A stretch of DNA of 51,233 nt from Nemertoderma westbladi (lineage: Eukaryota > Animalia > Xenacoelomorpha). The notes below the pieces were generated by a model, which was given only the letters and a program-made list of their open reading frames with translations, was not told the origin of the DNA and searched no databases. The stretch spans positions 1 to 51,233 of the forward strand of contig JAUCBJ010005954.1 in assembly GCA_032718475.1 (NCBI GenBank). Direction: 5' to 3'. The translations under genes were made by a program, and so were the position numbers. Shown piece by piece: positions 10,605-20,100 of the stretch (position 1 is its first letter; each line of letters starts with the position of its first letter).

Positions 10605-12806
10605 GGGTCAATAAGCTTAAAAGTGGCCAATGGTTTGTCCGGAAGTTACGATATAATTTTAAATGCTTTAATTTATTCGTATATAATAAAGTTATATATT
10701 ATTTTCTAGCTAATTTATTTGCGCAGCTTACGCACTAAAAATTATCAAAATCTGTAAAGGCAGTCAAAAGATATGCCCCATTAAAGACTGAAATATCGTG
10801 AAAATCAGTTGTCCCTTACGTGACAAGACCATAAACAACTGTAAATTTTATCACCCCAAGTGGCAAATATATAGAAAACCTATATATTGTTGGGAAGCTT
10901 AGATGTTTTGCGTTATTTTCCGATATATTTCAGGCCATAATATTCATGTTGAACCATTTGAGATCGATATATAAAATGGGCATGGATTTTTCTATTTTTG
11001 TGTCACATCTGTAACATTTACGTCTAGAATCTGAAGTAGTAACTGTAGGTTTTCAGTTTTGATATATCTAGAATCTACAGGGTTTCTAACATATATAGGC
11101 CAAATATTACATACAAAGGGTAAGGTAATCTGATTTGGGAAGCATTTATGTTTAACAAAGTCAATATTGAAAGCATAAACGTCCATATCTGTAACGCTAC
11201 AAATGTGGCCATAGATTTTGATAATATTAATCTCATACAAGTATAATGGTACGTGTGGAAAGGCAATTTGAATTTATGCCGCATCAACCCCAAGAGTTAA
11301 TGTGATAAATAAACACCTAGGATGTATGGCAGTGGTAAGCGTTTTTGTCAACCATCTGTAACGCGTCACCGTTACAGTGCAGTGCGTTACAGATAGGGCA
11401 TGTCTCATCTGTAACGCAAGATATAACCAGTTATCGATGCGTTACAGACTGTAGGTTTTCAGTCATATCTATATGACAGTCCTATCTGTAACGGAGGGTC
11501 ATCCTGAAATACAATAAGGCATCACTGACAATATTTGAATGCCTACGCGTTTGATACGTTCTTCGTCTTCTTACTGACATCCTAACTGCATGGTAATGTG
11601 GTAGTGTAAGATGGGTAAGTGTTACTGGATTCTCCCGTAAGGGGAGTAAAACACGGATTCATGTTTATCTCTATCCGGGAAGAGGTGATTGTGGATTCTG
11701 GGGAGTAAAGCGCAAATTCACTTCACATATGAAATTTTATGAATCCAGAGCTTCTGGGTCCGTGGTAAATAATTTAGGAATTAATTGCAAATATATACAA
11801 TCTCCATCTTATAAATTTTAAAAGTAGGCCTTTAAATAAAATGTGCTTTTTGCAGAATTTCGCTTTATTTCGTTTAGAATTGTAGAAGATACATTTCCTA
11901 CAAACAGTGTTTTTTTTAACATACAATATATTGTGCAGACGGTCCTTTGCCCTGTTTCGTTTTGCGTTTTTCGTTATTAGGCTTCCCTGCATAGGCGCGT
12001 AATTTATTACAACAATGCTGATAGCAATGATCCTCATAGCATATAAAAGGCCTATGCCCTATATTTTACTATCAATTTCTAAATCATTGGCTTAACATCA
12101 CTCACTGACTTACATGAAGGACTTGTGCACTACTTATATTATTGTGATAAGTTTAGTCAGATCCGTTTATTGGATGTGGTAATAGACGTCTCTGAATCAG
12201 TTGCAGAGAAACGCCAGGGAGCGGTTAAATAAGTACAGAGGAAAAATGGACCGCGGTTCTTATACAGAGTATTTTAAACAAGCATATAAAAAGCGGCGCG
12301 ATAGAGAAAATTTAAAACGGGATATAAAAAAATTGTGTAAAACAAGATTATCGGTTACACAGAAAAATGTTAATTAAAAACGTTTTCTATTTATTGGAAA
12401 TCATGTGTATTAAGTACATATAATTTAGTGGATGCGATGGTTATGGGCAGATATCGCTGTTTGTTACAGATGTTTGTCCAATAAATTACCTTATTGTCGA
12501 AGCAATAAGTTATAAATACTGCAAAATCCATATAACATAATTACCGTTACAGATGGCCGTTACAGACGTTTGTCCCAAAAATGTCATCACTGTAATGCGT
12601 TACAGTGGTAGACAAAAACGTTACAGATATGACATTAGTTTTTGCCATATATCTCCCTTTGAGCAGCGCGTCATGCTCTCCCTCTACCATCACAAGATTC
12701 GCAATGAAATTATCTTTCGAATGGTGTATGGTATGGCACTAATTTCCGACAAAAATTTTTTGGTCAATTTGTACCCCTTTTTGGCCACTTTTAAGCTTAT
12801 TGACCC
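10605..12806. mobile_element. Non-autonomous TIR DNA transposon with 4-bp TSD (Sola2- or Kolobok-like; superfamily uncertain)
   Basis: Perfect 26-bp TIRs GGGTCAATAAGCTTAAAAGTGGCCAA / TTGGCCACTTTTAAGCTTATTGACCC, TTAT on both sides; many internal ATCTGTAACG / CGTTACAGAT motifs; no transposase ORF. Confidence 0.88.
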
Positions 12807-13368
12807 TTATGTACAGTATCTATGTAACTATATATGATTGTATTGACTAAGTTAAACATAATTAATAAAACAAGATACATAATAATGCAATGAGAGAAAG
12901 TAGTCCTATGAAAGATATATATTATATATATATATATTTGAAACAATGAGAATAAGTGAAAGAAAAACAGGACAAATTAGATATATTATATATAACCAAC
13001 CGCAAGCACAAAATGTGAAATAAATAAAATGTAGGTAGATGCAATGATAAATATGATAAATATGTCCGTGTTAATGTGTATTACGTAATTTACTAATAAA
13101 TATCCCATCTACATTTAACAACGGACACCTAACGCTCCGCCCCCCATTATGCTAAAGAGTGAAGCAGTAGGGAAGTACATATAAATATATATTCTGCTCG
13201 AGTATTGCTGCCAGGTGGTATCTAATAAATTATTAATTGGGTTTGAACTGATATGCAACTGTAATAAATAATATAATAGGGTTTTTGTTCAGAAATGAAA
13301 TAATATTTACTGTATAAGGTATCGGGCAAATAGCTATTAATTAAATATATTTATATATTATGTTTTAG

Positions 13369-13491
13369 GGATAAAGTCGAATTTCTTTAAACCGAAGGAT
13401 AATTCTGGTGGCAGTTCAGGTGGTAGTTGGTCTCTTTCTGATGCTCTGTCTCAAGTACCACAGTACAGAAGTCTGGAATCAGTTCAACCAA
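13369..13491 (+). CDS. EGFR/ErbB-like gene, tail exon D (phase 1-1)
   Basis: tgttttAG| ... A|GTTAGT; open frame GIKSNFFKPKDNSGGSSGGSWSLSDALSQVPQYRSLESVQP; phases fit both neighbouring exons. Confidence 0.7.
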
Positions 13492-13577
13492 GTTAGTTAG
13501 CGAACACAAACAGTATAATTAAGTCTTAGACCTTTTAACAAGTTTGTTACCGTACCTAAGTACATGCTATGGATGTC

Positions 13578-13750
13578 CAGGACATTGCTTTCGCCGTGAG
13601 GACTAGCCTGTGCACCATCATGTGGTTTGGCAGACTCGTGGAGGAAATAAGCGTGGGGGACAGCCCATGACTTTCTTAAGACGCATCTTAAAGGGAGACA
13701 CGGGGGGAAACTTGGACGGAAATCCTGTCTCGCCGAATTCATATCCCGTC
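13578..13750 (+). mobile_element. RTE-type LINE C-terminal fragment, inverted relative to the adjacent RT fragment
   Basis: Translates as GHCFRRED*PVHHHVVWQTRGGNKRGGQPMTFLRRILKGDTG, typical of an RTE ORF C-terminus. Confidence 0.65.
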
Positions 13751-13919
13751 TCAATGTTAAATTATAAATTAATAGAAAGGAGCAGGTTGCAGTGGCACGT
13801 TATTCTAACCAAAACAATAAACGAAAGTCAATTGAACAGTCAACTTGGGAGTAATCAGCTGTTATTTGTGTCGATTTTCCCCCGGAGATGTATAAATTTT
13901 GATTTCGTCGAAAGTCCCT

Positions 13920-14667
13920 CCCCCTATCAGGATAATCTCGCGGTCGAAAGCAATGTCCTGCAAAGCGGAGGCGGCTTTGTTCTAGTGTCAAGCTTGGGGG
14001 AACCAATTAGACACCTCCAATGTTATATAGTGTCTGGTTGGAGATGTTTGCATTGTACTTGAGACAATGAACCCGGCGTAGCATTCTTGTGAATGTGCCA
14101 TCCAGAGATTTGGTTTCCTCAGCAGTTAGAGCCCAGCATGGACTGGAACTACTGCTGCTCTAAATAATCGGACCTTAAGTTTCCGATTAATTCTCGGTGA
14201 CTTCCAAATTCTGGAAAGCCTATTCAAGGCTTCCCATGCCTTTCCCTTACGTATTCGAAGGTCCTCACCTGACTTCCGGATCCATGATCCCAGGTAACAG
14301 AAATCGTCCACATGCTCAAGCATACCATCCTTTGAGCTTATGATTATCCGGTCAGATACTTGCTGAGGACTCTCAAAGTTAATTGTCAAAATTTTGGTCT
14401 TTTTGAGTTAATAAAAAGACCAACACTATAAACAGCCCGTTCTAATGAGCTGAGGAGCCGTTGGTCTCCCTCTAGTGATTGTGAGAGTACTCCTAAGTCA
14501 TCAGCAAAGTCTAGATCAGTTAGGTACTTGGCAGGATTTCCTCGACTTCTGGAGCCAGTAGGTGGAGTTATCATCACACCATCATCATTATAATGATCTA
14601 AGGACATGCGTAGAACATAGTCAACCACAATTATGAACAAGAATGGCGCATTAGTTACAACATGCAC
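13920..14667 (-). mobile_element. 5'-truncated, frameshifted RTE-clade non-LTR retrotransposon (reverse transcriptase relic)
   Basis: APFLFIIVVDYVLR, LTDLDFADDLGVLS (catalytic xADD), VDDFCYLGSWI, LKVRLFRAAV and RLRFAGHCFR spread across three frames. Confidence 0.9.
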
Positions 14668-14734
14668 TTTAATATATTCTACAATTCAATAAGTATAATG
14701 AACATACTTAGTTAGGCTTATTGTTTATTTTTAG

Positions 14735-15174
14735 GTTCGGCGTTCACTTCCAATCATTCATTGGCTGTTAACCGCGGCTCCCCTATAGACGATAACATAT
14801 TACTCAACCAATCGATTGGATCCAACGCTGTGGAAAATCCCAGCTACCTCCAGCAACATTCCGGGTGCCATGACAACATAGACTTTATGCCCAGCCCGCA
14901 CGACGAACCTGTTAGGCAGTGGCCGCACGACGAACCGGTTAGGCAGTGGCCGCAAAACGTCGTTCCCATCGATACTCGGGGTAACTCGTGCAACACGTCT
15001 CCTATTCATAAACCATGCGAACATCCACCGCTGTTGGCGTCATTCGGACAGACTCAAGTCCCACACGCTGAGTATGACGCATACGATAATCACCTGGACT
15101 ACCTTAGCGTCGCCGATACAGACTCTTTTCTTCCTCGGCCTTTCAGCAATGCTACGTACCACGTTGATACATGA
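14735..15174 (+). CDS. EGFR/ErbB-like gene, terminal coding exon
   Basis: tttttAG| phase-1 acceptor. Contains AVENPSYL (cf. ErbB2 AVENPEYL; NPxY), AYDNHLDYL (cf. ErbB4 AFDNPDYW) and FSNATY; stop TGA at 15172-15174. The five exons join into one open frame of 366 aa. Confidence 0.82.
14896..14954 (+). repeat. In-frame 27-bp tandem duplication (PHDEPVRQW x2)
   Basis: ccgcacgacgaacctgttaggcagtgg followed by ccgcacgacgaaccggttaggcagtgg; one mismatch. Confidence 0.95.
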
Positions 15175-15405
15175 CGGTAGCACATTGATACGCAACCGTT
15201 TAATGTTTCTACATGATGTGATAAATAGCCGTTGTATCTAAATAGTGGTCAACTCTCATTCAAGAATGAGGATAGCAGATCCCTGATCAGTTGACTAACT
15301 CTATGTCATAGAGACTATTGTTACACTAATTTTGTGTAAAATGTTGATGCAGTCATTCTAACATTCATTCCAGCTTTTCCACTGTTTCTGAATGTTGTAT
15401 TTTTC

Positions 15406-15411
15406 AATAAA
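15406..15411 (+). terminator. Candidate polyadenylation signal of the ErbB-like gene
   Basis: AATAAA about 230 bp after the stop codon, followed by T-rich sequence. Confidence 0.5.
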
Positions 15412-15644
15412 TTAGACTATTAATTTATTTGATATTTCGTATAATCTGGACGTTTTGCTGCGGTGTTACATCTTTACCTCAGAGCAGAAAATGCCTCTTC
15501 TGAGTTTCCGATAAACTTTTAACACCTTCATGGCTTGTCATTTATATTGTTCTTTTTGTTTATTTATTAATAAAGAATTTATACTATATGGAACAGCTAC
15601 TTTAGACCCCCAACTCTCAGCTATTTCTTAACGATACTGTGATG

Positions 15645-16980
15645 TTTTTAGCTGTACAAGGATGCTTGTGGGGCGAGCCACGAAGTTGGCGGAGCCTTAG
15701 CGAATTGACACTGTTAGGGGGTGGGTCAATTTATGCAAATAGTTGTCGTCGTCGTCGTTGTCGTCGTCGTCGTCGTCGTCGTTGTCGTCGTTACGATTTT
15801 GACATGCTAATAACTTTGTCGGATTTAAAGCTGCCAAGTTGAAAATTTGTAGGTATCAATATGAGCAAAAGTTGAGATTTTTGAGAGACTTTCAGACACC
15901 ATCAGTGCAATGGTCTCCCGCTAGAGGGCCACATGTCTAAACATTAAATGCCTCCCATTTCTTTGCTTTTAATCTGTTTAAGCTGAAACTTGGCAGATAT
16001 GTATTAGACCATTAGCTGTGACTTTCAAAGGAGGCGAATCCATCTGCAGTTCTCCAGTCTGCCGCTAGAGGGCCAAAGGTCTGAAAGTGAAATCGTTGTT
16101 GTCGTTACGATTTTGACATGCTAATAACTTTGTCGGATTTAAAGCTGCCAAGTTGAAAATTTGTAGGTATCAATATGAGCAAAAGTTGAGATTTTTGAGA
16201 GACTTTCAGACACCATCAGTGCAATGGTCTCCCGCTAGAGGGCCACATGTCTAAACATTAAATGCCCTCCCATTTCTTTGCTTTTAATCCGTTTAAGCTG
16301 AAACTTGGCAGATATGTATTAGACCATTAGCTGTGACTTTCAAAGGAGGCGAATCCATCTGCAGTTCTCCAGTCTGCCGCTAGAGGGCCAAATGTCTGAA
16401 AGTGAAATCGTTGTCGTCGTTATGATATTGACATGCTTATAACTTTGTCGAATTTAAAGCTGCCAAGTTGAAAATTTGTTTTGTTGAAAATCAGTTCAAC
16501 AGTCACCCGCTATAGGACTACTTTATGCCTGAAAGTGAATAGATTCTCCCGTCTCATTGATTTTAATCAGTTTAAGCTGAATCTTGCCATATATTCTGGA
16601 CCACATGCTGCGTCTTTGTGGGGGGGGGGGGGGGGGGGGGAGATTTAATCGGTCTGCCGCTATACGACGAAATTTCTGAAAGTGAGATCCGTCTCTCATT
16701 TCGTTATCCGTTATTCAAGATGAAACTTGGCCGATGTACGTATGTACTATTCATCCATAGGCTGTGTCTTTGTGGGGCTGGAGACCCTAATCCATCTTCA
16801 GTTCTCACTATACCGCTAGAGTCAGAAATGTCTGAATAGAAATGAAAGAGGTAAAAAGTGATTAGGCGAAATCTGCTTAAAATTTGCTAATACAGTAATA
16901 CTTTCGAATTAGTACTTAAATTAAATTTAAGTCACGTGCTGCGCGAAGGCCCCACTTCGTGTACTTCCTGTACTGCGATG
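15645..16980 (+). mobile_element. Helentron-associated (HINE/DINE-1-like) element with (GTC)n microsatellite and internal ~314-bp tandem repeats
   Basis: Starts TTTTTAGCT; (GTC)n at ~15742-15792; units at 15791, 16105 and 16420 (period 314-315); 3' hairpin GCGCGAAG-gccca-CTTCGTGT; imperfect inverted similarity between the two ends. Confidence 0.7.
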
Positions 16981-17167
16981 TTTTTACAGAAAATAAATGA
17001 AGTGCTGGGCCGATATATGGAGTATAAGTAAGATTTTGTCACTATTATTTCGGTTGACCGGAAATATCTGCCCAATATTAATGCGAGCAAGAGGTGTGAT
17101 TTGAAATGTGCAGATATTATGTTCGGATAGCGTTCAGTGTAGCGGAGCCGAGTGTTCGGGTAGCATT

Positions 17168-20100
17168 GGGTGTGGCGAGGTTGGTAATGGGAGTGGAGAG
17201 GTTGGTAATGGGTGTGGCGAGGTTGGTAATGGGAGTGGCGAGGTTGGTAATGGGAGTGGAGAGGTTGGTAATGGGTGTGGCGAGGTTGGTAATGGGAGTG
17301 GAGAGGTTGGTAATGGGTGTGGCGAGGTTGGTAATGGGAGTGGCGAGGTTGGTAATGGGAGTGGCGAGGTTGGTAATGGGAGTGGCGAGGTAGGTAGTGG
17401 GAGTGGCGAGGTTGATAATGAGAATGGCGAGGTTGGTAATGGGAGTGGCGAGGTTGGTAATGGGAGTGGCGAGGTTGGTAATGGGAGTGGCAAGGTTGGT
17501 AATGGGAGTGGTGAGGTTGGTAATGAGAGTGGCATGGTAGGTAGTGGGAGTGGCGAGGTTGACGATTAGAGTGGAGAGGTTGGTAATGGGAGTGGCGAGG
17601 TTGGTAATGGGAGTGGCGAGGTTGGTAATGGGAGTGGCAAGGTTGGTAATGGGAGTGGCGAGGTTGGTAATGGGAGTGGCATGGTAGGTAGTGGGAGTGG
17701 CGTGGTAGGTAATGGGAGTGGCGAGGTTGGTAATGGGAGTGGCGAGGTTGGTAATTGGAGGGTTTGGGGTAGTACTGGCTGTGGCGGGGTTGGTAATGGG
17801 TGTGGCGGGGTTGGTAATGGTGTGGCGAGATTGGTAATTGGAGTGGCGAGGTTGGTAATGGGAGTGTTTGGGGTGGTGTTGACTGTGGCGGGGCTGGTAA
17901 TGGGAGTAGCGAGGTTGTTAATGGGAGTGGCGAGGTTGGTAATGGTAGTGGCGAGGTTGGTAATGGGAGTGGCGAGGTTGGTAATGGGCGTGGCGAGGTT
18001 GTAATGGAAGTGGCGAGGTTGGTAATGGGAGTGGCGAGGTTGGTAATGAGAGTGGAGAGGTTGGTAATGGCAGTGGCATGGTAGGTAGTGGGCGTGGCGT
18101 GGTAGGTAATGGGAGTGGCGAGGTAGGTAATGGGAGTGGCGAGGTTGTTAATGGGAGAGTTTGGGGTAGTATTGGCTGTGGCGGGGTTGGTAATGTGTGT
18201 GGCGAGGTTTGTAATGAGAGTGGCATGGTAGGTAGTGGGAGTGGCGTGGTAGGTAATGGGACTGGCGAGGTTGGTAATGGGAGTGGCGAGGTTGACGATT
18301 AGAGTGGCGAAGTTGGTAATGGGAGTGGCGAGGTTGAAAATGAGAGTGGCGAGGTTGGTAATGGGAGTGGCGAGGTTGACGATTAGAGTGGCGAAGTTGG
18401 TAATGTGTGTGGCGAGGTTGGTAATGGGAGTGGCGAGGTTGGTAGTGGGAGTGGCAAGGTTGGTAATGGGAGTGGCGAGGTTGGTAATGGGAGTGGCATG
18501 GTAGGTAGTGGGAGTGGCGTGGTAGGTAATGGGAGTGGCGAGGTTGGTAATGGGAGTGGCGAGGTTGGTAATTGGAGGGTTTGGGGTAGTACTGGCTGTG
18601 GCGGGGTTGGTAATGGGTGTGGCGGGGTTGGTAATGGTGTGGCGAGGTTGGTAATTGGAGTGGCGAGGTTGGTAATGGGAGTGTTTGGGGTGGTGTTGAC
18701 TGTGGCGGGGCTGGTAATGGGTGTGGCGAGTGTAATGAGAGTGGAGAGGTTGGTAATGGAAGTGGCGAGGACGGTAATGGTTGTGGCGTGGTAGGTAATG
18801 GGAGTGGCGTGGTAGGTAATGGGAGTGGCGAGGTTGGTAATCGGAGTGGCGAGGTTGGTAATGGGAGTGTTTTGGGTAGTATTGGCTGTGGCGGGGTTGG
18901 TAATGGGTGTGGCAAGGTTGGTAATGGGAGTGGCGAGGTTGGTAATGGGAGTGGCATGGTAGGTAGTGGGAGTGGCGTGGTAGGTAATGGGAGTGGCGAG
19001 GTTGGTAATGGGAGTGGCGAGGTTGGTAATTGGAGGGTTTGGGGTAGTACTGGCTGTGGCGGGGTTGGTAATGGGTGTGGCGGGGTTGGTAATGGTGTGG
19101 CGAGGTTGGTAATTGGAGTGGCGAGGTTGGTAATGGGAGTGTTTGGGGTGGTGTTGACTGTGGCGGGGCTGGTAATGGGTGTGGCGAGTGTAATGAGAGT
19201 GGAGAGGTTGGTAATGGAAGTGGCGAGGACGGTAATGGTTGTGGCGTGGTAGGTAATGGGAGTGGCGTGGTAGGTAATGGGAGTGGCGAGGTTGGTAATC
19301 GGAGTGGCGAGGTTGGTAATGGGAGTGTTTTGGGTAGTATTGGCTGTGGCGGGGTTGGTAATGGGTGTGGCATGGTAGGTAGTGGGAGTGGCGTGGTTTT
19401 TAATGAGAGTGGCGAGGTTGGTAATGGGAGTGGCGAGGTTGGTATTGGGAGTGGCTAGGTTGGTAATGGGAGTGGCATGGTAGGTAGTGGGAGTGGCGTG
19501 GTAGGTAATGGAAGCGGCGAGGTTGGTAATGGGAGTGGCGAGGTTGGTAATGGGAGTGGCATGGTAGGTGATGGGAGTGGCGAGGTTGGTAATGGGAGTG
19601 CCGAGGTTGGTAATGGCAGTGGCAAGGTTGGTAATGGGAGTGGCGAGGTTGGTAATGGGAGTGGCATGGTAGGTAGTGGGAGTGGCGTGGTTTGTAATGG
19701 GAGTGGCGAGGTTGGTAATGGGAGTGGCATGGTAGGTAGTGGGAGTGGCGTGGTTTGTAATGTGAGAGGCGAGGTTGGTAATGGAAGTGGCGAGGTTGGT
19801 AATGGGAGTGGCGAGGTTGGTAATGGGAGTGTTTGTGGTAGTATTGGCTGTGGCGGGGTTGGTAATGGGAGTGGCGAGGTTGTTAATGGGAGTGGCGAGG
19901 TTGGTAATGGGGGTGGCGAGGTTGGTAATGGGAGTGGCGAGGTTGATAATGGGAGTGGCGAGGTTGGTAGTGGGAGTGGCGAGGTTGGTAATGGGGGTGG
20001 CGAGGTTGGTAATGGGAGTGGCATGGTAGGTAGTGGGAGTGGCGTGGTAGGTAATGGGAGTGGCGAGGTTGGTAATGGGAGTGGCGAGGTTGGTAATTGG

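Noticed and set aside
15639-15842. Protamine-like Arg-rich ORF
   Set aside because: The Arg run is the translation of the (GTC)n microsatellite inside a repeat element.
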